From positions 640,001 to 704,000 of the forward strand of contig CAVOYH010000004.1 of the NCBI GenBank assembly GCA_963700635.1: DNA of 64,000 nt, read 5' to 3'. The notes under the pieces were generated by a model. That model was not told the DNA's origin. It was given only the letters and a program-made list of their open reading frames with translations, and ran no database searches. Positions 1-9,405 of this stretch are shown in pieces. Origin of the DNA: an uncultured Bacteroidota bacterium. GTDB lineage: Bacteria > Bacteroidota > Ignavibacteria > UBA10030 > UBA6906. How positions within the stretch are numbered: position 1 is the stretch's first letter; every line of letters begins with the position of its first letter. The position numbers and the translations under genes are program-made.

Positions 1-591
1 CACTCCGGCGATGACGAAAGTAAACATGGTCTTGCCGAGCCCCCGGTCCATCACCCGGAGAACTTTGTCAATCGGGCGGTTCAGAATCTTCAGGGCGCCG
101 GGAAGGTTCACCTTGCCGATAAACCGTTCCGTCACGATCGGGATGAATTCTATGTACAGCACCGTCATGTAGATCATGACGCAAATACCCACCTCGAACA
201 GGGCGGATGAGCCGTTCCACATCACGAGGGGATGCCAGATAAAATACCACCGTCCGATATCCACAAACACCGCAAACGCGACGAACGTATAACCGAGCAT
301 CGCCGTCAGCAGGGCAGGGCGCAGGACCGCGTGATATTCCTCGCGGTGCATAACGTGTCCGATGGCCGCGGTGGTAAAACCACCGGCTGCCAGCGCGACA
401 CCGGCCGCGACATCCACGGCTATCCACAATCCCCAGGGATACTGATCGTTAAGATTTGTTACCGATCCGATTCCAAAGAAAAACCGGCCGGCGAGAAAAA
501 TCAGTCCATTCAGTGCAAGAACGGAGAGAACAATGACACCCGGCGTGAAGAACTTTGCCTTGATGGGTGCTGGTTTCATGTGTGCGTGCAT
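1..591 (-). CDS. NrfD/PsrC/HybB-family integral membrane subunit (3' end runs off the window)
   Basis: My translation MHAHMKPAPIKAKFFTPG...TNLNDQYPWGLWIAVDVAAGVALAAGGFT...DIGRW...SALFEVGICV carries the NrfD/HybB motifs; AGGAG RBS (ctcct at 601-605); not in the ORF track because it is truncated. Confidence 0.85.
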   Translation of the reverse strand, partial: MHAHMKPAPIKAKFFTPGVIVLSVLALNGLIFLAGRFFFGIGSVTNLNDQYPWGLWIAVDVAAGVALAAGGFTTAAIGHVMHREEYHAVLRPALLTAMLGYTFVAFAVFVDIGRWYFIWHPLVMWNGSSALFEVGICVMIYMTVLYIEFIPIVTERFIGKVNLPGALKILNRPIDKVLRVMDRGLGKTMFTFVIAGV

Positions 592-603
592 TCTGTGGTA
601 CTC

Positions 604-1500
604 CTAGAGACCTTCTTCTTTGCGTGTTTTGGTCATCCACATGATGGCCCCGAGAATTGCGTAGAGGGCAACGGGAGGCATAAAATAGGCAAAAATGCCG
701 TGCTGGATTGCTTCGGAAACGCCCGGGGCGGGAGACGGGCTGAGCTTCGGGAATTGCAGATCGGTAAATTCCCTCCCCGCCAGGTACATCCACGCTGTTC
801 CTCCCACCTCGTATTCACCATAGATATGATCCACATACCGATCGGGGTAGGTCTTGATCCTTTGATGTGCTATCCGGATTACTTCCTGGCGCGGACCATA
901 GGTGAGGGCCTCCACAGGACAGATTTCCACACACGCGGGAAGCTGCCCCTTGGTGGTGCGTTCGATGCAGAAGTCGCACTTCCGGATATCCGGTTGCAGA
1001 GGGGTGAGAAATTCAAACGCAGGAATCTGGAACGGGCACGCAGCCATACAGTATCTGCACCCGATACACTTGTCAGTGTCCCAGACCACCGACCCGTTCT
1101 CCTCTTTGGAGAACGCGCCCACGATACACGCCGAGAGGCAGGCGGGGTGATCACAATGCATACACTGGACCTTTACATCAAACGGGAGGTCCTTGTTCCT
1201 GGGATTTTCATACTCATTCACGACGGTGAGTGCAGTCTCATCCGGACGGCGCATCCGTTCAAAGACCGAACGGTCAGCGTACGTGTCCAGCGGCTCTGTC
1301 GGAAGTTCGTGCGCGGTCCTGCACGCCCACTCGCAATTCCTGCAGCCGACGCATACGGTCGTGTCGACAAGCACGCCCATGCGGTCAGGTGAGAGAATAT
1401 TCTTGGGTGCGGCCTGCGCTGTTGAGGCATTAAGCCCTGCGACGGCGGTACCTGCTGCTGCGGCGGTCTTCAAAAACGTACGGCGGTCTTGTGCTTTCAT
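604..1500 (-). CDS. Tat-exported multi-4Fe-4S protein, HybA/NrfC/FdnH-like, with C-terminal TM helix
   Basis: DRRTFLK Tat signal; CVGCRNC, CMHCDHPAC, CIGCRYC, KCDFC...PACVEICP cluster motifs; GGAAAC-type RBS before ATG 1500. Confidence 0.9.
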   Translation of the reverse strand: MKAQDRRTFLKTAAAAGTAVAGLNASTAQAAPKNILSPDRMGVLVDTTVCVGCRNCEWACRTAHELPTEPLDTYADRSVFERMRRPDETALTVVNEYENPRNKDLPFDVKVQCMHCDHPACLSACIVGAFSKEENGSVVWDTDKCIGCRYCMAACPFQIPAFEFLTPLQPDIRKCDFCIERTTKGQLPACVEICPVEALTYGPRQEVIRIAHQRIKTYPDRYVDHIYGEYEVGGTAWMYLAGREFTDLQFPKLSPSPAPGVSEAIQHGIFAYFMPPVALYAILGAIMWMTKTRKEEGL

Positions 1501-1542
1501 GGGGTTTCCTTGGGCGGGATGTATGTCCGTATGCCGCGAACT

Positions 1543-1558
1543 CTCAACAATTGCGCCA
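1543..1558 (-). promoter_or_regulatory. sigma54-like -24/-12 promoter for the hybA/hybB-like operon (TGGCGCAATTGTTGAG)
   Basis: TGGC at -24 with GG-N10 spacing, but -12 reads TTGA rather than TTGC; about 40 nt upstream of the start codon. Confidence 0.55.
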
Positions 1559-1616
1559 TATTCGCCTGTTGAATTTTCAATCATTTAAGGGTGGCAGCGC
1601 TCGTTTTTGCCTCAGT

Positions 1617-1665
1617 TTTTCCCAAATTAGGGAAAACCTGTCATGTGTATTCCCACTTGTGGGAA
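1617..1665. promoter_or_regulatory. Tandem palindromes TTCCC-N6-GGGAA, candidate enhancer-binding-protein sites (UAS)
   Basis: TTCCCAAATTAGGGAA (1619-1634) and TTCCCACTTGTGGGAA (1650-1665), 31 bp apart. Confidence 0.6.
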
Positions 1666-1824
1666 AGCCCTTCCCCTTTTTAGCCCTAAATTTAAGGGTT
1701 CCCGTGGCATGCTTTATGAAATTTGGCCGTGTGCCGGGAGCTGAAGTGTTCTGATCACATTTGTCCGGCGAGTCAATGTTGCGGCAGGTGTGTAAGCTCC
1801 CGCGATACTGGAGGATATACGCTG

Positions 1825-3171
1825 ATGAAAAAGTCTGACCTTAAGATTCTCGTCGTTGACGATGAACAGATCGTGCGTGAATCGCTGATGAAGTGGTTTC
1901 AGGAGGACGGGTTCCGGGTTGAGAGTGCCGCGGACGGCGCCTCAGCGCTTAAAAAAATCCAGTCCGAGCCGTGGAACCTGGTGCTTGCGGATATCAGGAT
2001 GCCGGGCATGGATGGTATGGAACTGCTGCACCGGATAAAGAAGATGAACCGGCAGATTGTTGTCATCGTGATCACGGCATTTGCAACGGTGGAGACGGCG
2101 GTGCAAGCCCTGAAAGAGGGCGCCTACGACTACATCACCAAGCCGATTGATCCGGAATATCTGAGTCATATTGTCGTCAATGCTCTCGAACAACAGCTGC
2201 TGAACTTCGAGAACCAGCGATTGAGGGACGCGGTCAGCGAATTGACAGCGGGGGTGGAGCTTATTGGCGATTGTCCTGAGATGCGCCGTGTCCTGGAACT
2301 CGTGCAGACCGTGGCACAGACAAATACGGTGGTGCTGGTGAAGGGAGAAATGGGCTCGGGAAAAGAGCTGGTTGCCCGCGCGATTCATCAGGGCAGCGCA
2401 CGGCGCTTTGCTCCTCTTGTGACCGTCAATTGCGGCGCACTTGCGGACTCCATGCTCGCCGATGAGTTGTTTGGCCATGAACAGAACGCATTTCCGGGCG
2501 CCCTGCAGATGCGCAAAGGGAAGATAGAATACGCCGAAGGCGGGACCCTGTTCCTGGATGAAGTGGTGAACCTGGACTACAAGATTCAGGGGGATCTGCT
2601 CCGCATCATCGAGTCAGAACAGATGATGCGGCTGGGCGGATCTGAACCGATCCGGACGGACTTCCGTCTTGTTTGCGCCACCAGTGCAGATCTGGAAGAG
2701 GCAGTCCGCTCGGGCAAATTCCGCGAGGATCTGTATTATAGAATCACCGTATTGGAGGTGGTCCTGCCTCCTCTACGGGCACGACGCGGTGATGTCGCAA
2801 AACTTGCACATTTTTTCCTTGTAAAATATGCCCGGGCAATGAATCGCACGATGAACGGATTCTCTCCGGACGCCATGCTTGCGCTCAAAGCATACGACTG
2901 GCCGGGCAATGTCCGTGAACTGCAAAATGTCATCGAACGGGCGATGGTGATTGCTCCGGGATCCATGATCAACAAGGAGCACCTCATCCTGCATACCGAT
3001 CTGCCGTCGCCCAGCACGGGAAAGAGGATGGACGATGTCGAACACCGCCACATCGAACAGATCCTCCGGGAGACAGGCTGGAACATAAGCCGCAGCGCGT
3101 CCATCCTGGACATCGACCGGGTTACGCTGTACCATAAAATCGAGAAGTATCAACTCAAACGCGAGATCTGA
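1825..3171 (+). CDS. NtrC/AtoC-family response regulator (receiver-AAA+-Fis HTH) with degenerate GAFTGA motif
   Basis: ILVVDD...DIRMPGMDG receiver; GEMGSGKE Walker A; LFLDEV Walker B; FREDLYYR; WPGNVREL; HTH; GGAGG RBS. Confidence 0.93.
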   Translation: MKKSDLKILVVDDEQIVRESLMKWFQEDGFRVESAADGASALKKIQSEPWNLVLADIRMPGMDGMELLHRIKKMNRQIVVIVITAFATVETAVQALKEGAYDYITKPIDPEYLSHIVVNALEQQLLNFENQRLRDAVSELTAGVELIGDCPEMRRVLELVQTVAQTNTVVLVKGEMGSGKELVARAIHQGSARRFAPLVTVNCGALADSMLADELFGHEQNAFPGALQMRKGKIEYAEGGTLFLDEVVNLDYKIQGDLLRIIESEQMMRLGGSEPIRTDFRLVCATSADLEEAVRSGKFREDLYYRITVLEVVLPPLRARRGDVAKLAHFFLVKYARAMNRTMNGFSPDAMLALKAYDWPGNVRELQNVIERAMVIAPGSMINKEHLILHTDLPSPSTGKRMDDVEHRHIEQILRETGWNISRSASILDIDRVTLYHKIEKYQLKREI

Positions 3172-3219
3172 AACCTTCACCATTGTCCATCCCGATAGTT
3201 GCCCTCCTTCGGGGCTTCG

Positions 3220-3248
3220 TTGACTTTCAGGCCCCCTTTGCGTATTTT
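3220..3248 (+). promoter_or_regulatory. sigma70-type promoter of the lpdA operon (TTGACT-N17-TATTTT)
   Basis: Exact 17-nt spacing, 40 nt upstream of the lpdA ATG. Confidence 0.6.
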
Positions 3249-3288
3249 CTTAGACTTTCATCTGATTTTTGTTCTTTGCGAGGAATGC

Positions 3289-4686
3289 ATGCCACAAACC
3301 CAGTATGACATCGTGATTGTGGGCGGGGGACCGGGTGGATACACTGCCGCGATCCGGGCAGCCCAGCTCGGGATGCACGCAGCCATCGTCGAGCGCGATC
3401 GGCTCGGTGGAGTGTGCCTGAATTGGGGGTGTATCCCGACCAAGGCCCTGCTCCGAAACGCTGAGGTCCTCTCCCTTTTCCAGCATGCCGATGAGTGGGG
3501 TATCTCATTCGAGAACCTCCGAGTTGACTTCCCGCGTGTCATCAAACGCAGCAGGGGGATAGCCGACCGCATCTCCAAAGGGGTGGAGTTCCTCATGAAG
3601 AAGAACACCATCACGGTCATCCCTGGCGTGGCCCGGCTCCTCTCCGCCGATACCCTTGAGATCCGTGCCGAGGGAAAAACAACATCGACGGTGAAGGCGA
3701 AACACATCATCCTCGCCCCCGGTGCCCGGCCCAGACCGCTTCCCAACGTACCCATAGACCGTAAACAGATTCTTACAAGCACGGAAGCGATGACCTTGCC
3801 CTCGCTTCCTTCCTCCATGATCATCATCGGCGCCGGCGCCATCGGCGTCGAATTTGCCTCCCTGTACAATACGTTCGGCACCCGCGTCACTATCGTAGAA
3901 ATGATGCCTTCCGTCCTCCCGATGGAAGACAGTGAACTCACGAAAATTCTTGCTTCAAGCTTTACGAAACGGGGCATGGAACTTCTGACAGAAACCAGGG
4001 TTGAAAGCGCTCAGACCGATGAAAAGGGCGTGACGGTTCAGGTTCAGACTCCAGGCGGCGGGCGTGCGCTCTCGGCCGATGTTGCCCTCGTCGCAATAGG
4101 TGTCCAGGGAAATGTTGAGAACCTCGGACTGGAAACGCTCGGTGTCAGGACTGAACGGTCACATATTGTCGTGGACAAACAGTACCGCACGAGCGTGCCC
4201 GGCGTCTATGCGATCGGCGATGTTATCGGACCACCGTGGCTCGCACATGTTGCCGCAGCGGAAGGAATCAGCTGCGTGGAAGGGATTGCCGGGCGGGAAA
4301 CCGCCGGGGTCGATTATTCGAATGTTCCGGGGTGTACATACTGTACGCCACAGCTCGCCAGTGTCGGTTTTACCGAAGATGTGGCGAAGGCAGAAGGATA
4401 TGAAGTGAAGATAGGGCGCTTCCCCTATCGTCCGCTCGGCAAGGCCATGGCCATTGGTGAAACTGAAGGTATGGTGAAGCTGGTCTTTGATGCCCGGTAC
4501 GGTGAACTTCTGGGTGCGCACATTCTCGGCGCCGATGCGACAGAGCTTATAGCGGAAGCGGTGCTGGCCAGACGCATGGAGGCGACCGGGCCTGATATCT
4601 ACCGGACGATTCACGCACATCCCACACTCAGCGAAGCAATTATGGAAGCAGCGGCGGCGGCCTATGGTGAAGCAATCAGTATCTGA
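3289..4686 (+). CDS. lpdA: Dihydrolipoyl dehydrogenase (E3)
   Basis: GGGPGG, GGVCLNWGCIP redox-active disulfide, GAGAIG, HPTLSE. Confidence 0.97.
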   Translation: MPQTQYDIVIVGGGPGGYTAAIRAAQLGMHAAIVERDRLGGVCLNWGCIPTKALLRNAEVLSLFQHADEWGISFENLRVDFPRVIKRSRGIADRISKGVEFLMKKNTITVIPGVARLLSADTLEIRAEGKTTSTVKAKHIILAPGARPRPLPNVPIDRKQILTSTEAMTLPSLPSSMIIIGAGAIGVEFASLYNTFGTRVTIVEMMPSVLPMEDSELTKILASSFTKRGMELLTETRVESAQTDEKGVTVQVQTPGGGRALSADVALVAIGVQGNVENLGLETLGVRTERSHIVVDKQYRTSVPGVYAIGDVIGPPWLAHVAAAEGISCVEGIAGRETAGVDYSNVPGCTYCTPQLASVGFTEDVAKAEGYEVKIGRFPYRPLGKAMAIGETEGMVKLVFDARYGELLGAHILGADATELIAEAVLARRMEATGPDIYRTIHAHPTLSEAIMEAAAAAYGEAISI

Positions 4687-5365
4687 CCCCCCCCGCGGTG
4701 GTGCGCTTGTCGTCAACCGTCTCGGACGAACGCCGTACCGGGAGTGCTGGGAAGTGCAACAACTTCTCTTTGCACGCCGGCTCGCAGGCGAGATTCCAGA
4801 CACGCTCCTGTTGACCGAACATGAGCATGTGTACACGCTGGGCACGGCCGCCCGTTCGGAACACCTGCTGGCGGATGCTGATCGGCTGCGCTCGAGCGGG
4901 ACCGATGTGGTCGCCGTTGATCGTGGCGGCGATATCACATATCATGGGCCCGGCCAGCTTATCGCGTACCCTATTCTGGACCTGTCAAACCACGGACGTG
5001 ATCTTGACACATATCTCCGGCGGCTCGAGGAGGTGGTCATCCGGCTCCTCGGCCGGGTCGGCATCCGCGCTTCCCGCGTGGCGGGATATACAGGAGTGTG
5101 GGCTGCGGGCGATAAAATCTGCGCCATTGGAATTAAATCGAGCCGGTGGGTTACCATGCACGGGCTTGCACTTAATGTCACAACGGATCTCTCCTTCTTC
5201 AGAGGAATAATCCCGTGTGGCATCTTTGACCGCGGTGTGACATCGATTCTGGATTTGACGGGCGTCGCGCACTCGCTGACTCTTCTCGAAGACATAATGA
5301 TTGAAGAATTTGCGGCGGCGTTCGGCTGTCAGGTACAACACGAATCCCTCCACGTAGAAAGGTGA
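4664..5365 (+). CDS. lipB: Lipoyl(octanoyl) transferase
   Basis: EHEHVYTLG, RGGDITYHGPGQ, KICAIG, HGLALN, IIPCG; exact start uncertain. Confidence 0.95.
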   Translation: MVKQSVSDPPRGGALVVNRLGRTPYRECWEVQQLLFARRLAGEIPDTLLLTEHEHVYTLGTAARSEHLLADADRLRSSGTDVVAVDRGGDITYHGPGQLIAYPILDLSNHGRDLDTYLRRLEEVVIRLLGRVGIRASRVAGYTGVWAAGDKICAIGIKSSRWVTMHGLALNVTTDLSFFRGIIPCGIFDRGVTSILDLTGVAHSLTLLEDIMIEEFAAAFGCQVQHESLHVER

Positions 5366-5369
5366 TGGT

Positions 5370-7379
5370 GTGACATACTCACCGGAACAGTTGCGCGGTG
5401 CCTATACGAACGCCGTTGCTGCGCGGCTGATGGACGCGAAAATTCTGATTCTCCTGAAACAGGGGAAAGTGTTTTTTCATATCGGCTGCTCCGGCCATGA
5501 AGTCGCACAGGTGGCAATGGCAATGACTCTTCAGCCCGGGAAAGACTGGTCATACCCGTATTACCGTGACATGGGTTTCGCGTTGCAGTGCGGCTATACG
5601 ATTGAAGAGATCATGCTCGACGCCATGCACCGCGCAGGGAGCATCAGCAGCAACGGGTATTCCATGCCCTTTCACTATGGGCACAAACAGCTCCGCATGG
5701 TGGCACAGTCCAGCCCCACCGGAACTCAGTACCTTCAGGCAGTTGGTACGGCAATGGGCATTCAGAAAGACGGACTGGACGAGGTTGTGTATGTTTCCTC
5801 CGGTGAAGGAGCAACGAGCGAAGGTGAGTTTCATGAAGCCGTCAACTGGGCCGCACGTCAGCGCCTGCCGGTGGTGTTTTTTATCCAGAACAATCGGTAT
5901 GCAATATCCGTCCCGGTGCATGACCAGATTGCAGGAAGTTCCGTCTACAAAATGGTCCAGGGATACGAAGGCCTTCATCGCCTTGAGGTTGATGGCTGCG
6001 ACTTCAGCGCAATGCTGAACACTGCAACCGAAGCCGTGGGGATTGCGCGGCGCGGGGAAGGCCCGGTCCTCATTGAAGCCGAAACCGTCCGTCTCCTGCC
6101 CCACTCTTCCTCCGATGATCAGCGGAAATACCGGGATGCGGAAGATCTTGAACAGGACAAACAACGTGATCCGCTTCCGAAGATGGAGGAATACCTGTGT
6201 GCGCAGGGAATTCTGAAGGCGGAAGACATACAGCGCATCCGCGGCGAAGTGCAGGAGCGCATCGACCGCGCGGCGGAGGCCACCGAAAAAATTCCTGTGG
6301 CCGACCCGGCCGAAGTGGAAAAATTTGTCTATGCTCCCGCCGGCGAACCCGGCAGACGCACCGACCCTGAGCTTTCCGAAGCAGGCCCGCGCGTTGTGAT
6401 GGTGGATGCCATCAATCATGCGCTCGCGGAAGAGCTGGAACACAATCCGGGCATGCTCATCTATGGTGAGGATGTCGGAGGAGATAAGGGCGGGGTATTT
6501 ACCGCGACCAGGGGATTGGCCGCCAGGTTCGGGGCTGATCGAGTCTTCAACTCACCCCTGGCAGAGGCAAGCATCGTCGGCACCGCTTTTGGACTCGCCG
6601 TGCGCGGTGGAAACAAACCGGTTGTGGAGATTCAATTCGGCGACTATATATGGCCGGCATTCATGCAGATTCGGAATGAGGTGGCGATGCTCCGGTATCG
6701 CTCCTACAACCAGTGGAGCTGTCCGATGGTTATCCGGGTTGCGGTCGGAGGTTACATCCATGGCGGACTTTATCACAGCCAGTCGATCGAGAGTTTCTTC
6801 ACGCATATACCCGGTCTGCGCGTGGTGTTTCCCTCCACCGCAGCCGATGCAAAAGGTCTGCTGAAGACGGCGTGCCGGTCGGATGATCCTGTGTTGTTTT
6901 GTGAGCACAAGGGACTCTATCGCCAGGGCTTCGCGTCGAGCCCGGAACCTCCTGCCGATTATCTTCTTCCTTTCGGACTTGCGGCGATCCGGAAGCCCGG
7001 AGAAGATCTTACGGTGATCACGTGGGGGATGCTGGTTCAGCGTTCGCTCGAGGCCGCGCGTAAAGCCGAAGCCCGGCTCGGTGGAAGCGTTGAAGTGATC
7101 GACCTGCGAACGCTTAATCCGCTGGACAAGGAGACCATTATCGGGTCAGTGAGAAAAACCGGGAAAGTGCTTATTGTGCACGAAGACACCCTGACGGGCG
7201 GATTCGGCGCTGAAATTGCCGCCATTGTGGCCGCGGAAGCGTTTGACCGGTTGGATGCGCCGGTAATGCGCGTTGCGGCAAAAGATGCACCCATACCGTA
7301 CGCGCCCGTCCTGGAAAACGCAATGTTGCCCCAGGAAGCTGATGTGCTGGCGGCGATCGAAACGATGTTACGGTACTAA
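5370..7379 (+). CDS. Fused alpha/beta 2-oxoacid dehydrogenase E1 (branched-chain type likely)
   Basis: GEGATSEGEFHE..NN TPP motif, HSSSDD, beta half GEDV...GGVF, PLAEA, EIQF, GGLYHSQS. Confidence 0.92.
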   Translation: MTYSPEQLRGAYTNAVAARLMDAKILILLKQGKVFFHIGCSGHEVAQVAMAMTLQPGKDWSYPYYRDMGFALQCGYTIEEIMLDAMHRAGSISSNGYSMPFHYGHKQLRMVAQSSPTGTQYLQAVGTAMGIQKDGLDEVVYVSSGEGATSEGEFHEAVNWAARQRLPVVFFIQNNRYAISVPVHDQIAGSSVYKMVQGYEGLHRLEVDGCDFSAMLNTATEAVGIARRGEGPVLIEAETVRLLPHSSSDDQRKYRDAEDLEQDKQRDPLPKMEEYLCAQGILKAEDIQRIRGEVQERIDRAAEATEKIPVADPAEVEKFVYAPAGEPGRRTDPELSEAGPRVVMVDAINHALAEELEHNPGMLIYGEDVGGDKGGVFTATRGLAARFGADRVFNSPLAEASIVGTAFGLAVRGGNKPVVEIQFGDYIWPAFMQIRNEVAMLRYRSYNQWSCPMVIRVAVGGYIHGGLYHSQSIESFFTHIPGLRVVFPSTAADAKGLLKTACRSDDPVLFCEHKGLYRQGFASSPEPPADYLLPFGLAAIRKPGEDLTVITWGMLVQRSLEAARKAEARLGGSVEVIDLRTLNPLDKETIIGSVRKTGKVLIVHEDTLTGGFGAEIAAIVAAEAFDRLDAPVMRVAAKDAPIPYAPVLENAMLPQEADVLAAIETMLRY

Positions 7380-7439
7380 AGTGAAGACGGGAACAAGGGA
7401 GGGAAGAATACACTGCAGAACGATAAAGCAGAAACGCTG

Positions 7440-8408
7440 ATGGCGGCTGACTTGACACGGACACAACTGCTCGAGCTCTTCTACTATCTGCGTCTTACCC
7501 GTGCATGTGATGATGCCATCCTCCGCCTCTACAAACAGGGGAAAATGGTGGGTGGCGCGTACACCGGCAATGGAAACGAAGCAACCGCGGTCGGGAGTGC
7601 CTATGCGCTCCGCAAGGAGGACTACCTCTTTCCCATGCACCGTGACCTGGGAGCCCACCTTGTGAAGGGGCAATCGCTCGCGAATATCTTTCTCCAACAG
7701 CTCGGGCGTGCCGGGAGTCTGACCGGGGGGCGTGATGGGACGGGGCATTATGCCGACCCGGCACTCCGGATCTACGGTAATGTGAGTCATCTCGCGGCGA
7801 TGATCCCGGTGGCAGTGGGCGCCGCGCTGGCCTCTCGTATGAAACGGCAGAATGCTGTCGTGCTCAACTACATCGGCGATGGCGGGTGCAACGTCGGTGA
7901 TTTTCACGAAGGGTTGAATATGGCGGCGGTCATGAAACTGCCGTTCGTGCTGATCGTTGAAAACAACCAGTTCGCTTACTCAACGCCCGTCAGCCGGCAG
8001 CACGCGGCGACCCGGATTTCTGACCGGGCTTCCGGGTACGGAATCCCCGGTGTGACGATCGACGGAACCGACATCCTGCTGGTGTACGAGACGACGCGGG
8101 AAGCGGTGGCGCGCGCGCGGCGGGGTGAGGGTCCGACCCTGATTGAGTCTGTAACAATGCGGATGCACGGACACTCGGCGTCCGATGATGCCTCCTATGT
8201 CCCTCAGGATTTGCTTAAACGATGGCGGGACAAAGATCCCGTCCAGCAGTTCGAACAGGTCCTGCTCTCGGGGAAGACCGTGACCCCCGCTGAAAGAGAT
8301 TCTCTGGACCAGCGGATTCATGAGGAAATAGAAGCGGCACTCCACGCCGCGATGGAAGATCCTTTTCCTGTTCCCGACGGTGTGACGGAAGGGGTGTACG
8401 CTCCCTGA
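7440..8408 (+). CDS. 2-oxoacid/acetoin dehydrogenase E1 alpha subunit
   Basis: GDGGCNVGDFHEGLN...ENN TPP motif; RMHGHSASD. Confidence 0.92.
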   Translation: MAADLTRTQLLELFYYLRLTRACDDAILRLYKQGKMVGGAYTGNGNEATAVGSAYALRKEDYLFPMHRDLGAHLVKGQSLANIFLQQLGRAGSLTGGRDGTGHYADPALRIYGNVSHLAAMIPVAVGAALASRMKRQNAVVLNYIGDGGCNVGDFHEGLNMAAVMKLPFVLIVENNQFAYSTPVSRQHAATRISDRASGYGIPGVTIDGTDILLVYETTREAVARARRGEGPTLIESVTMRMHGHSASDDASYVPQDLLKRWRDKDPVQQFEQVLLSGKTVTPAERDSLDQRIHEEIEAALHAAMEDPFPVPDGVTEGVYAP

Positions 8409-9385
8409 TGGCAACGATGACGTATATAGAGGCACTTGCCCGGGGCATGTGGGAGGAGATGGAACGTGATCCCTCGGTGTTCCTTATCGGGGAAGATATC
8501 GGTGCGTATGGCGGGGCGTTCAAGGCGACAAAGGGATTCCGGGACCACTTCGGCGAAGAACGTGTGATCGATGCAACCCTCGCCGAAGCCGCCATCGTGG
8601 GCGCTTCCGTTGGCGCTGCGTTACTCGGCATGCGGCCGGTTGCCGAGATGCAGTTTGCCGATTTTGTGACCTGCGGTTTTAATCAGCTCGTGGTTAATGC
8701 CGCAAAAACCCACTACCGCTGGCACATCCCCGTTCCCATGGTCGTCCGCCTCCCGACCGGCGGTTACATTCACGGCGGGCCGTATCATTCATCAAGCCCT
8801 GAGGCATGGTTCCACCATGTGCCCGGACTGAAGATCGTGGCGCCTTCGACGCCATACGACGCCAAAGGACTGATGAAAGCGGCGATACGCGACAATAATC
8901 CGGTGATCTTCCTGGAATTCAAATACCTCTACCGGCGGATCAAGGGTGATGTGCCGGAAGAGGAGTATGTCGTGCCGATCGGAAAAGGCGAAATCAGGCG
9001 AAGCGGCCAGGATCTCGCCGTCATCACGTACGGTTCAACGACACATTTTGCCCTCGAAGCGGCCGGCCAACTGTCGGAGCGGGAGGGAATCGAGGCGACT
9101 GTTGTCGATCTGCGATCTCTTGCGCCGTTCGACAAAGAGCTGATACGGGAGGTCGTCGGGCAGACCGGCAAGGTGCTCGTGGTTCACGAGGACAACCTGA
9201 CAGGCGGCATTGGCGCGGAGATCGCCGCATGGATTGCCGAGGAGGCTTTCCAGGCACTCGACGCGCCGGTCCGGAGAATCGGCGCTGCCGATGTTCCAAT
9301 TCCCTTTGCACCTCCTCTGGAAGAGGCCGTGCTTCCCACGACAGCCGGTATTCTTACGGCAATGCACGAGCTTGCACGTTACTAA
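8408..9385 (+). CDS. 2-oxoacid dehydrogenase E1 beta subunit
   Basis: GEDIGAYGGAF, EMQFADF, GGPYHS; TGATG coupling with the alpha gene. Confidence 0.93.
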   Translation: MATMTYIEALARGMWEEMERDPSVFLIGEDIGAYGGAFKATKGFRDHFGEERVIDATLAEAAIVGASVGAALLGMRPVAEMQFADFVTCGFNQLVVNAAKTHYRWHIPVPMVVRLPTGGYIHGGPYHSSSPEAWFHHVPGLKIVAPSTPYDAKGLMKAAIRDNNPVIFLEFKYLYRRIKGDVPEEEYVVPIGKGEIRRSGQDLAVITYGSTTHFALEAAGQLSEREGIEATVVDLRSLAPFDKELIREVVGQTGKVLVVHEDNLTGGIGAEIAAWIAEEAFQALDAPVRRIGAADVPIPFAPPLEEAVLPTTAGILTAMHELARY

Positions 9386-9405
9386 CACTATCAGGACGGA
9401 AACGA

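Noticed and set aside
232-1392. 386-aa plus-strand ORF, and other long antisense ORFs (e.g. 38208-39335, 46855-48330, 58470-59684, 61671-62684)
   Set aside because: They are shadows of well-supported genes on the opposite strand in GC-rich DNA and carry no motifs
1682-1700. Third CCC...GGG palindrome in the hybA/regulator spacer
   Set aside because: Spacing (N9) differs from the two N6 sites
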